Of a DNA stretch of 64,000 bases, positions 27,271 through 39,449 are shown piece by piece; position 1 is the stretch's first letter; every line of letters begins with the position of its first letter. The stretch is from Takakia lepidozioides (lineage: Eukaryota > Plantae > Bryophyta), in NCBI GenBank assembly GCA_030704615.1, contig CM060731.1, forward strand, positions 54,188,001-54,252,000, given 5' to 3'. The translations under genes were made by a program, and so were the position numbers. Below the pieces are notes generated by a model. The model was not told the DNA's origin. It was given only the letters and a program-made list of their open reading frames with translations, and searched no databases.

Positions 27271-27539
27271 TATTCTTCCTGATGTTTACAAGGTTCTTGG
27301 GAGATTCAGCTTGGTCTTAGCATGCCGTGTTTCAATCGATGCCCGCTCAGCTGCACCGTGGTGGTTCTCACAGACCAATCCGACATTACCTGACTACAAA
27401 CAAAAGCAGCACACACAAGAGGTCCTTTTGGGTTGATGGTCCGTCAAATCCTCCATGGGTCATGACACAAGGTCAAGGACAATGTGGTGAGGGCACCTTC
27501 TTCTTCGACCTATTTCAGCCTGTTTTTCCCTCTCATCAG

Positions 27540-30500
27540 ACTCGGCCCTGAGATGCGTCTGATAATTGCAAGATATGATCAGCATGGCTGTGGTAGGGCG
27601 GCTTGCCAGATGTATGAACACCCATACATTTCATTCATTTCTATTCTCAATGCTTGTGCTAGCCTAGAAGCCCTGGAAAAAGGTACATAGGTCCATGTTG
27701 ACATTGTGGAAGTTGGAATTGCACTAGATATCATTCTGGAGACTATCCTTGTCGATATGTATGCGTCGTGTTCAATCTCTACCTGCCTCGCTGCACCATT
27801 TCACTTTTCCGACCCTTGTTGATGGTGGGACAATGGAGACAAAAAGGTGAATGCCTATTGGATACAGAGATAAACGGATGCAATTCAGAATTGGGTTGGT
27901 CAATGTCAGTTGCTAGCGGGTCTCCATGGGCTCGTTGGGTGTATCTGTGGTGGTTAGGAGTGACTTTGACAAGTTACTGCCGATGTGGCAGTAGGAAAGT
28001 ATCCAAAAACAAATAACATAGATGAGGAGAAGCTTGTTGACGTTTGTTTGCATTTGCAATGCGTGTGCAAGCCTGGCAGCCCTAGAAAGGTGCAAAGTGG
28101 TCCATGGTGACATCGTCACATCTGGAATTGTACCCAATGTCATTCTGAACACTGCCCTGCTGGACATGTATGTCAAATGTGAGTGCATCGAGGATGCAAA
28201 GGAAGTTTTTGACAGTATGGCTAAAGGAGATGTGGTGTCGTGGAGGGCGATGATTGCAGAATATGCACAGCAAGGGCGCGGGATGGAGGCGTTGGAGACC
28301 TATGAGCAAATGATGGGGGAAGGGGTGAAGCCTGACCGCATAACGTTTGTGGGCATTTGCAATGCGTGTGCAAGCCTAGCAGCTTTGGAAAGGTGCAATG
28401 AGGTCCATGCATGTGACATCGTCAAAGCTGGATTTGTACCAGATGTCATCCTGAACACTGCCCTGCTGGACATGTATGTCAAATGTGAGTGCATCTAGGA
28501 TGCAAAGGGAGTGTTCGACAGTATGGCTGAAAGAAATGTGGTGTCGTGGAGGGCGATGATTGCAGGATATGCACAGCAAGGGGTGGGATGGAGGCTTTGG
28601 AGACCTATGAGCAATTGATGTGCGAAAGGGTGAAGCCCAACCACATCACATTTGTTTGCGTTTGCAATGCTTGTGCAAGCCTAGCAGCCCTGGAAAGGTG
28701 CAATGAGGTCCATGGGACATCGTCAAAGCTGGATTTGTACCAGATGTCATCCTGAACACTGCCCTGCTGGACCTGTATGTCAAATGTGAGTGCATCGAGG
28801 ATGCAAAGGGAGTGTTCGACAGGATGACTGAACGAAATGTGGTGTCGTGGAATTCCATGATCGCAGGATATGCCCAGCATGGTTGTCATAGGGAGGTCCT
28901 GCAACTATTTGAAGGAATGTAAAAGAACGGCTTGAAGCCGGACAGTTTATGTGGTCTCTTTGGGTAGATGGTCAACTGAATGCAGCAGTTGCAGCGGCAC
29001 AATTGATGAAATCAGGCACCTCATCCATCGCCACAGCTTCTGAAAGAGGATCAAGAGAGGGAGTCCACAATGCCACTTCTGGCACTTCTGGGCATGTGAA
29101 GATGCTTTGTGAGGCAGGCAGACTGAAAGAGGCTCTACAAACTTTAAACCAAGGAGGCATTTCAGCAGATTCAGAAACGTATGTCTGTCTTGCATAAGTG
29201 CATCAAGGTGAAAGGCCTGGAAGCTGGAAAGCAGGTGCACACTCACATTATCCAAAGTGGATTCACGTCAAATGTTTTTCTCCTCAGCACCCGCATCAAC
29301 ATGTATATTAAGTGCGGGGGTGTTTGCTGGAAGAATTCTAGGCTGTCATTGTATGTTGCTAGCAGCAAGGCAAGGATGTATGCATGATTTGTGCAGAGGC
29401 ATGGATAGCTGAAGGAGCAGGGATCGAGTGTGGGTTCCCTCTTATCAGAACCGGCCCTAAATTTTCATGTTGAATTCTGCAAGTTAGCTGGTTGAATGAA
29501 CCTTTGATAGTTGGAGTGACTTTGACATGATACTGCCAAAGTATCCAGAAACAGCTAAGAGAGACGAGGAGAAGCTGTGGAAAGAATATTTTTCTGACCC
29601 CAGTCAATGGTGGGACAATCGAGGCAAAAAGGTGGGTGTATGCCAAATGTGGGAGCGTCGAGCATGCAAAGGGAGTGTTAGACAATATGGCGGAATGAGA
29701 TGTGGTGATGCTCACCAAGTGTTCAACAGAATGCCTCGATGATGTTTGATCATGTGGAACATAATGTTGGCAGGATTTACCAAGCACGGGTGTGGTAGGA
29801 ATGCTTTGGAGACCTTTGAGCAAATGATGCATCAAGGGGTGAAGCCCAACCACATCACGTTCATTTGTGTTTGCAATGCGTGTGCAAGTTGGGGAGCCCT
29901 GGAAAAGGGGAAAGAGGTCCATGGTGACATCATCAAAGCTGGAATTGTACCAAGGTTGCAATGCGTGTGCAAACCTGGGAGCCCTGGAAAATGGGAAAGA
30001 GGTCCGTGGTGACATCGTCAAAAGCTGGAATTGCACCAGATTCATCCTGAACACTGCCCTGATGGACATATGCCAAATGTGGGTGGATCGAGGATGCGAA
30101 GGGAGTTTTCAACACTGTGGTTGAAAGAAATGTGGTGTCGTGGAACGCTATGCTTGCAGGGTATGCAGAGCATAGGCACGGGATGGAGGCTTTGGAGACC
30201 TATGAACAAATGATGGGGGAAGTGGTGAAGCCCTCATGGAGTGCAATGATTGCAGGATATTAAAGTGGAGAACAGCCTTCTTGACGCCAAATGTGGGAGC
30301 GGAAAAGATGCACGTCAGGTTTTAAACAAAATGCCTGAACGAGATATGGTCACATGGAATGCCATGATTACAGGATATGCTGAGCATGGCTATGCTGAAG
30401 AGGCTTTCAAGATACAAGCAAATGGAACTGGACGCAATGACACCGACAGGGTCACGTTCGTTTCTATTGTCAATGCATGTGCCAGTCTAGGGGCCCTGGA

Positions 30501-31719
30501 AAAGGGCACGCGGGTCCATGCTGATATTAACAAAGCTGGGGTTGTGTCATATCTTAACTTGGACAATGCCCTTGTTAACATGTATGCCAAATGTGGGAGT
30601 GTTCACAATGCACGTCAAGTGTTTGAAAATATGGTTCAGCAAGCATGGAATGCCATAATTGCAGGATATGCTCAGCATGGGTGTAGTACAAAGGCCTTCC
30701 AACTATTTGAACAGATGTAGCTGGAAGGCTTGAAGCCAGATGGTATCACCTTCATTTCTCTTCTCTCTGCTTGTAGGCATGTAGGCTTGGTGGATGAAGG
30801 CCACCACTTGTTTGGTTCCATGAGTAGAGATCACGGCCTCACTCCTACAGTGGAGCATTTTGCTGCATTGTGGACCTTCTTGGCCATGTAGGCCGATGAG
30901 ATGAGGCAGAAGAGTTCATCAACAAAATGCCAATTGAACCAAATGCTCTGGTTTGGGGGACCTTGCTTGCTGCTGCCAGAATTCATGGGGATGTGGAGGT
31001 AGCAGAACATGCAGCAAAATCTCTTCTCAAGTGCGATCCCAACCACCATGCAGCTTATGTGCTGCTATCCAACATCTACGCCGCATCTGGCAGGTGACAA
31101 TATGACACAACATGATGTGGTTTCATGGAGGACCATGATTGCAGCATATGCTCCGCATGAGTATGGCAAGGAGGCTGTTGAGATGTATGAACAAATGCAA
31201 AATAAAGGGCTAACACCCAACAGCGTCACATTCACTTGTGTTCTCAATGCATGGCCAGCCTGGGAGCCTTGGAGAAGGGCAAAGAGGTCCATGCTGACCT
31301 CATTAAATCTGGAATTGCATGCTACATAAGGAGACTACGCTTGTGGACACGTATGCAAAATGTGGGAGCATAAAGGATGCGCGTCAAGCTTTTGACAATT
31401 GGCTAAACATGAGATAGTATCATGGAACACCATGATCACAAGGTGTGCTCAACATGGATGTGGCAAGGAGGCTTTCGAGATGTACGAGAGATTGCAGCAA
31501 GACAGGATGGAGGCTTTGGAGACCTATGAGCAAATAATGGGGGAAGTGGTGAAGCCTGACCACATCACGTTTGTGTGTGTTTGCAGTGCATATGCAAGCC
31601 TGGCAGCCCTGGAAAAGGGCATGGTTGCATCGCCAAAGCTGGAATTGTACCAGATGTGGTTCTAAACAATACCCTCGTGGACATGTATGCCAGTTGTGGA
31701 ATGCGATGATCGTAGGATA
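27540..31719 (+). pseudogene. Mosaic of PLS-PPR, E-domain and PDF-motif pseudogene fragments, plus strand
   Basis: ORFs 28022..28498, 28949..29197, 29527..29742, 30250..30720 and others with the same PPR consensus; many stops and frameshifts. Confidence 0.9.
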
Positions 31720-31799
31720 TGTTGTGCGCATACATATCGCTACACAACTACATCGCTGTCCAAACCACACATAGATGCACAATAAAGTAGTCTGCCACA
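31720..31799 (-). repeat. Terminal repeat A, outer copy (80 bp)
   Basis: tgttgtgcgcatac...gtctgccaca; matches 32156-32240 with 1 substitution and a 5-nt indel. Confidence 0.92.
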
Positions 31800-31800
31800 A

Positions 31801-32153
31801 TGATAAGAAAGCTAAAGAACACAGTCTTGACACAAGAAATATGAAATCCATCGCTATCACTCTTTAAGATAATAGTCGAGCCAGGGGCACCCTAAGCTAT
31901 GGGGACTCCACCCCACATCAACATATACCCCTACATACGCACACTCAGATTTCTAAAGCGTGAAGGAGCTCGGTCGCGCAGGCTCAACTCGAGAGAGATG
32001 AGCTGCGCGACTGCCGCTCTCGTGAAGATAAGACGGTTCAGGTGTCAAACTAAACTTGACACCTGATTTAACACTTGACCTAAATCCAAGTGTTAAATAC
32101 AAATAACTAGCTTTATTCTAGTTGTTTTCACATTGTGCTTATTTAACTTGACA
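31801..32153 (-). repeat. Terminal repeat B, 3' copy (353 bp)
   Basis: tgataag...cttgaca; matches 41651-42002 with about 8 substitutions and 1 indel (manual count). Confidence 0.95.
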
Positions 32154-32155
32154 GC

Positions 32156-32240
32156 TGTCGTGCGCATACATATCGCTACACAACTACATCGCTGTCCAAA
32201 CTACACCACACATAGATGCACAATAAAGTAGTCTGCCACA
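32156..32240 (-). repeat. Terminal repeat A, inner copy (85 bp), directly after the PPT
   Basis: tgtcgtgcgcatac...gtctgccaca; separated from B by the dinucleotide gc. Confidence 0.92.
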
Positions 32241-32241
32241 A

Positions 32242-32252
32242 TCGCCCCCCTA
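32242..32252 (-). other. Polypurine tract
   Basis: Minus strand aggggggcga, 1 nt before TGTGGCAG (start of repeat A). Confidence 0.75.
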
Positions 32253-32409
32253 GCTGGTGGATAGGTCCCTCTACCTCCAGATAGCTACAAGATGTAATAG
32301 CCACAGCCGTACTAAGTCCTCTATCACTGTCTCTATTGCACTCAAACCCTATAGACCAAGAGGCCGGGTACAAGAGTAGCCCCATCGTTAGTCGCCGTCT
32401 TGCAATCTG

Positions 32410-35400
32410 TGAACTATGAGTGCGTCGCACCCCAAAATGCCCCAACTCCTCATGGGCATGCCGCACTAACCGTGCCCGCTGTGTTGGGTGAGGCACAATC
32501 CTCACTCGACCATCCTCCCACACTCGGAGCAGGTGTGTCCCCTCCCACTTGAACCTCTTGGCTCGTTGTAGGATCCGATCCCTCTCCTTGGCAGTCACAG
32601 TGGCTACAGTGTCTCCAGTGCGGAGGTAGTCCAACACAACTGAATCCTTATGTATATCTTTGGCGCCACTTTGCTCATTGCTGGCCTCAGGGTCCTCAGA
32701 CACTTGATCTACAGTCATCTCTATTGCAGGTCCAACCTGGCCTTCCGCTGCCAAGATACAAAGAGATGCAGATGTATGCCATCCGGGCACCATCTCCTCG
32801 TCCGTCTCACCATGCCACCGAGCTCCAGTGTCATCCTGTTGGCTCGTGCATGGATTGCGACTCAACCCATCTGCATTGCGATTGACCAAACCCGGTCGAT
32901 ACACCACCTGAAAGTCATACTCTTGAAGGATGAGTGCCCACCATGCAAGCTCCCCCGTAAGCTTGTCTAAATCCATCAACCACTTGAGTGGTTGGTGATC
33001 CGTGACAAGGGTGAAGAGATTGCCGTATAGATAGCACCTGAAGTGTGCCACGGCCCACACTGCAACTAAGCATTCTCCCTCATATGAGCTATACTTAGAC
33101 TCTGCAGCATTATTTGAGCGGCTAGCATAAGCCACTACGAACTCTCTTCCCTCATCATCCACCTGTGTGAGCACCGCTCCAAGCCCCAACATGCTCCAAT
33201 CTGTATGCAGCTGAAAAGGACGCCCCCTGATAGGTCGTCTCAAGATGGGCGCCGAGGTGAACCTCGCCTTGAGCTCTTGAAAAGCTTGTTCTTGCTCATC
33301 TTCCCACTGCCACTCCTGGTCCACCTTGGTCAGCTTGGTTAGAGCCTTTGCAATGGCACTAAATCCCTTAACAAACCGTCTGTAATAGTTTGCTAACCCC
33401 ATGAAAGCTCGAACTCGGCTCACATCCGTGGGGCGTGGAACCTGTGCAATGGACTCTACCTTAGTCTGCTGTACCCCCAATCCTCCAGGATATATCATGT
33501 GACCCAGATACTCAATCTGGTTGTGGAAAAACTTGCACTTTCCCGGATGTAACTTCAATCCGTGCGGCCTCAAGCGCTCAAATACCCCCTGAAGGTGTCT
33601 CTCATGCTCCTCCACCGTAGCACTAAAGATGATGATGTCATCTATGTAGCACTGAGCAAACTCCACCCCTGCTAGAATCCTGTCCATGACTCTTTGAAAC
33701 TCAGCGGGAGCGTTTTTAAGCCCTAATGGTAAGAACCGCCACTGGTATAGGCAATCCTTCCCGTGCTCATTGATCCCCCAGAATGCTGTCTTTTGCTTAT
33801 CCGCCTCCTTGATCGGCAACTGGTGATATCCGGATCGTAAATCCAACGTGCTAAAGACCTTGGAATGCCCAATGGCATCAAAGATCTCCTCTGGTGTCGG
33901 CATGGCATACCTATCGGACTTGGTCTGACGATTTACAGGCCGGTAATCACCGCACATACGTCTCTCCGTCCAATTATAGACATCCTTCTTGGCTGGCATC
34001 ACTGTGGCTGAAGCATACTCTCCACCAGAGAGCTCCACCAAACCTGCCTCTCAGAGATCTTGAGTCCTCATCTGAATCAAAGACCTCTCCATGTCACTGT
34101 ATCTATAGGGTCTCCAAAAGATTGGCGTGTCAGTGGCCAACTCAATACGGATCTCTTGACCCTTCAGTGTTCCCAAGTCCTTCAAACTGAAGGCAAAGCA
34201 ATTCTTGTAAGCCCTCAGGAACCGTCGTATACGTCGTCTCTCTCCTCCGGTGACAATGGGTCCAATGTCAGGCTCCCAATTGTCCTCCGTAACTGCAACT
34301 TTAAGTCCAGTGGGCTCAGAGGTAGAGGACGCGTCCCGTGGTTGCTATGCTGCAACCTCTTGAGCAGTACTCCCTTCCTGCTCAGTCAATGACAAGGCCT
34401 CATCCTGCCCCATCATCTCATCATTGAGAACCTCCTCATCCCGAGAAAAATCCCCAACCTCATCTATCACAGCTGCCTTGGCTGCCAACTCCCTCTGAAC
34501 CTCGAGCACCTCCCACGTGTGCCATGGATGTCTACACCCCGTGGTCCTCACTGGCTCGCCCCCACTCGCTGCTTGTACCGTCTCGGTAGGTAGAGAGACC
34601 GTCAAGGGAAGTGCACTCCGCACTCTACGTTGCTCAGCCATAGCCAAGATGATAATCCAGGTCAAGCAATTGAGATCCATTGCTTGCCCCAACACCTGAC
34701 GACGTGATTCCTCAGAAAGAGAAGGCACCGCCGTGGTCCCAGTGGAAAATCCCATAGCCCGCTCTCGCTCGTCGGCATTAGGCTCCACTAACAGTTGCAA
34801 CTGAGCATCCCACAGGAGGCCAGGTCCACCATCCCGAAAAGCATGGGATCCTGGGAAGCTGAGCAGTGTAGGTAATGTTGCTCGTGGTTGACCCACCCTG
34901 TTGACCACTGCCAAAGGCAAACGGTCATCGTGTCTCACACGTTGAGACTGCCTCCCTGTGTCCAAAATGCTGTCCACTATGAGGTGTGTTGGCCGCTGCA
35001 CCCCATCAAATGCACGCTTGAGCAGTGCGGGTGGCATCAAGTTAGTCCACCATAGCCGTGGACGATGAGCCCATGATCCCACTGCAGCTGCATCCAGTAG
35101 CACTGCTAACCCAAGCCACGACCGGACTTGATGCATATTGGCTATCATCCTGGCCCGAGAATCGCCCATCAGTGGCACATTCTCCAAGATGTATGCTGGC
35201 GATACAGCTTGATAAAGTTGCAAATGGCGCAAAATCCGCACCATCTCCCAAAACAGACCCGTCCTCGAGTCTCGCAATCCATTGCCATGCCCGGCTAATG
35301 AATGCCCTTGGCAGAGCCAACCTGCCACTACCAGATCAATGGAGCCAACCTGCTCCAAATCCGGCGCCCCCAGCAACGAAATGTCTGCTAGCAAGGCTTG

Positions 35401-36876
35401 TTGGTATCCACGAACTGCAGACACTGGCAACAAAGCAGGGTACTGCTGTACCAACTGAGCAACATGGCGCAGTGAGACGCGTCGTGCAGTCTCATCCCTC
35501 TCCACATACAGGTAATGCCTTACCCGCACACCTGCATGTAGCACAACAGCCAATCCGGTGCTGATCCCGCCAAACAAGTCCAGAAGGCAAATGCCTTTAT
35601 CCATATACTGCCACACAATAGGTGTGGTATCCAATGGTGACAACTGAGGTGGTCTTGGTGCAATACCCGCACTCTCCTCCTCTCCTGACGGTACAAAAGC
35701 CTCTACCCAGGCTTGTTGCACCCGTCGATCAGCAACCTGCTGCAAATCCTTGCTCGAACCCCACAATGGAGTGTGAGCAACCATGGCAGGCAACTCTGCC
35801 ATACCATGTATGTCATCCTGCTCTGCTGGAGGTGGCACATCCTCTGCATGGGCATTGCCTTCCAGCAACTCTCCAGGCCAACTAACTGCAGCTGTAAACG
35901 CGGCTAGTGGTGGCATCTTACCCCGTTGGGCAGCCGCAATACCCCCAATGAATATCACAGGGAGCTGTGCACGACGACCATCCCCTGACTGCCATCCAAG
36001 CCTGTAGAATGCTGACTCCTCCCAAAAGTCCAGGGTGAAGCCCATGGGGTATAACACTGCCCCACCAACGAGGACATCGTAAGAGACCGCGTCTGTCACA
36101 ATGGCCTTGGCTCGTATCACTGAGCCATCTGTAGGGTGATCCGGCTGTAGTCTAATGGCCAACTGATGCCGTGTCATGCCCCGAGCCTGCTCTAATCCTC
36201 CCAGAGATGTCTGTATCTGGAAAGGACAAGGCTCCATATCCGCCTCCATGAGGCCCAAACCTGCAATAGCAGCTCTGCCCAACATCAGTGGCTGAGCTCC
36301 CGAGTCCAACAAGACCCGCAGTGGCCGGTACTTCTTGTCTGCCGGTCCACTCAAAGAGAAAATGCCATCCTCGTTGTCTAACAAGACAACTCCAGGTGTC
36401 ACCATGGCGCGCTCAAAGGCTGGCCTAGCTAGCAGCTCCGTCAACCTGGCAGCTGCAGCTTGCCAGGGCGCAGCCATGGCAGTCTTGACCCTCAAATCCG
36501 AGGACTCCTCTGCCACTACACCTTCCACTAACTCCGCAGAAGATGAAGTGACCTCCCCACTCTCGCACAGTGTTGCTGCTAGTCTGAACACTGCAGCTGG
36601 TCTTACCCCCGGCGTCGCAATCATGGTTGCCGAGAACAGTGGGGCTTGACACACAGAGGTGGCTGCCCCCAACAATATACCGGCTGCACTAGCCTTGGCA
36701 GCAGGTGTCAGTGCTGCACGTGTAGCTCTCCCCAATGGCATAGAAACCTCCGCCTCGGTAACAGTCGGGCGAGAACTAGGTGCCATGGATGGCGTTGACA
36801 CTGTCTCCGCCAAGGTGAATGACTGAGGCAGCCTCGCCTGACGGCTTGCCTCTCCACGTTGTGGATCCAACTCCAC
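32410..36876 (-). pseudogene. pol: Pol polyprotein: aspartic protease - C5 methyltransferase - RT - RNase H - integrase N-terminus (truncated); two premature stops
   Basis: LLDSGA (PR); RMCGDYRPVN, LDLRSGYHQ, GLKNAPAEFQ, YIDD (RT); TDWS...TDHQPL...ADGLSR (RH); HEELGHFG (INT His pair). ORFs 34345..36876 and 32176..34041 are in the same frame. Confidence 0.93.
34660..35600 (-). CDS. DNMT3-like C5 cytosine DNA methyltransferase domain within Pol
   Basis: Motifs in canonical order: I LDLFGGISTG, II YVERD, IV DLVVAGWLCQGHS (catalytic Cys kept, Pro to Leu), GLFWEMVRIL, VI YILENV, VIII LDAAAVGSWAHRPRLWWTNL, IX ERERAMGF, X RRQVLGQAM. Confidence 0.92.
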
Positions 36877-36999
36877 CTCTGCACCTCGTGGCTCAGGAAC
36901 TCGTGTTGCTCCTCAAGTCACGGCTGCAGCAGACTCCACCTGCTCTAGTGGTAGTGCTGCTCCGCACATGAATCCCATGCCTCCCATATCTCATCCCTC

Positions 37000-38438
37000 A
37001 GGAACAGGAGGTGGACCATCCCGCCTGGGAGCCGGTACTGCCTGAGCTGTAGCCATGGCAGCGAGCCTCTGCTCTAGCTGCTGAAGCCGGTTGGCCATGC
37101 CTTGGTCAACACCCTAACCTCTGCGTCCTTGGCCTGCACCTCGTGCCCGACCACCTCGTCCTCTCTAGGCTGGTCCACCTCGCCCCCGGCCACCATTGTT
37201 CCCTTGGAACTGGCCTGGGCGCAACTCAGGATGCAAGTCATAACACTGGGCATCTCCATGCCCATACTTGCCACAATGCCCACACTGCAACTGTGCAGGC
37301 TGTACTTGTGCCGGCCTTTTGCCACTCTCTGGGCAATCTCTTTTGACATGGGGTCCTCCACATGTCCAACATATCACCCCTGGTTGCTGTTGGCCTGCAA
37401 AAGATGCCACGGGCCTCTGCACCTGAGGTCCCCTGTAAGCTCCATGGAACTTGGACTGGGCAACCTTGCCCCCCTGACCACGCTGTTGGGCATTACCTTG
37501 TGCCTGTGGGCTGGCAGCTGCGCCTCGTGAGCGGACTGAAACACATCTGCTAATGTGGGTTGGGCTGCTTGTAACAGGGTTGCATCTCGCACCCTTCTCT
37601 TGAGCTCCTTGTCCAGAATTCCATACCAAAACTGGATTGCCTGAGCTTCAGTAACCCCTTGGGTCACACTTATCAAGCGCTTCATACGAGTGTACGCCTC
37701 TCACAGGCTCTCACTGGGTTTGCGCTGGAAGTCTTGCAAACTTCGCAGCTTCTCTGTCCGTACACCTTGGTAGTTCCTCCGCAACTCCTGGAAGAACTCC
37801 ACCACCGGGTTGAATCTAGGCACATGTGTTGTAGTCGTGGCAGGAGGAGTAGTAGCACCTTTTGAACTGGTACCACTTGTTCCACTACTAGTGCTGGCAG
37901 TGGGAGATATTGGTACTGATGCAGCTACTGGTCGCGTCGTGCCTCGAGTAATGGAGACGTAGTCAGGTGACCAATACATCCTCCACTCCTCAATCTCTGC
38001 TTTATGTCCTCGCCTGAACTCGTGGTAATCGTCCATAGGCGGGCCTTCCAAATGCTGGAACAGTCCCTTCCACGCCATGAATGGGGTGAATAGCTATGGA
38101 TTGCGCATCTGCTGCAAATCACACCAGCTGTCGTACTCCTGGATAAAGTCATCCAACTCGATTGTGCCCACAGCTCCAGAGTACCTACGAGGCCCCTTGG
38201 TAGCTCCATACATCTCCTCCATGTCGTCCCACAACAATGGCGAATGAAACTGCACACCTGTTGATGAAGCCTCCGAGTCTGTGTCTGATTCTGCACTAGT
38301 TGAGGGTGGAGGTGAAGGTGGTCTGAAACGAACACGTCGTCTGGTGAACCCACTCTCACTGCTACTGCCTATAGCCGTACTCCCCTCAGAACCCCTGGGT
38401 AACTCCGTGATGACACTCACAATGTGCACCTCCCCCAC
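37000..38438 (-). pseudogene. gag: gag (interrupted), with two zinc knuckles
   Basis: ORFs 38094..38438, 37701..38078 and 37374..37685 (LQDFQRKPSESL.EAYTRMKRL) in one frame; 37165..37629 has CWTCGGPHVKRDC and CGHCGKYGHGDAQC. Confidence 0.85.
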
Positions 38439-39449
38439 GTGACACTATAAGACTCTAGTACTATTTCTAATGGTGACACGGGTGGGCACCTGTTGCAGTT
38501 TAAGGGTCATATCCCAGTGGCTCAGGGCACCTGCACCTGCATCCACCGCAAGAACTCATATGGTTGGCTGGTCATCAACCCAATCTCACCATAGAAGAAA
38601 CACTGGTGGTCTTGCTGGTCATGAGTTCCTTGGGAAACATAAATCTTGCCCCCTTGTGTGCACAGGCTAAGAGACGAGACCTGCCCTTCAATTACGTCCT
38701 CATTTCCCCTAGCCATACAAGGAGTACATCCCCAGATTTATCTCTCATGTAGACCAGAATCTAGAAATAGGATTGTGGATCTTTCATGGCACACTCACTC
38801 TCTAAAAATTCCACAGTTCAACAAAACACCAACGATCGCAGATAATCGACCAGGTGAAAGCAGCTTTCCCAGCCACAATCACAAGTAGCATAAAGATTTG
38901 TGAGACTCCTGGTTTTGCAGTGTTGATGATATGCCAGCAATGGGCTCCCCGGTCTAGATAGGTAGATATCCCCTTTCTGTAGCTATCCCCTCAAAAACTG
39001 GGTCAAACGGAGCTCATTTGACGAAGATATGACCAACCAGGCTCTTTAAACATAACACATGTTTTTTTTTTTTTTAACAAGACAAAACAAATACAAGGAA
39101 AACTTTTTTTTTTTTCTTTTTTTCTTTTTTTTCAATACTTGTCTTGGTTCCCTGTTCCCTGGTTCCCTAAGAATTCCTTAGATTCTTAACTCAATCTCTC
39201 CACAGTGGAATTACCACGATAAAGGTAATGTCCTCATTGGTATGCCAAATTTTCAAAACGAGAACACCTTGTTGAAGCTGCTGCTGTCAATGCCATCTTA
39301 TCGTTGTTGTATGAGAGCCCATGTCTACTGCCCTGTCAGAGTGACCACAACCAGGATGGTTTTCCGCAACCATTCATGTACTGGGCAAATACATATCAAC
39401 CACAGCAATAAGACCATCACGTTCAATTTGTGATTTCCAAGGTGGTGCT

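Noticed and set aside
14310-31719. A functional multi-exon PPR-DYW gene
   Set aside because: Frameshifts, stops and arbitrary junctions every few hundred bp; no consistent splice path found
31720-32153. A+B block read as an ordinary solo LTR next to an unrelated element
   Set aside because: The GATA TSD brackets the whole 31720-42002 unit, and PPT and PBS abut the inner ends of A and B
34660-35600. Host DRM/DNMT3 gene or bacterial restriction-modification contaminant
   Set aside because: Intronless and in frame between retroviral protease and RT; no UBA/PWWP domains and no restriction enzyme partner
38470-38500. caaca-ggtgcccacccgtg just upstream of gag as an alternative LTR end and PBS
   Set aside because: No second copy of the adjacent sequence in the window and no tRNA match I can support
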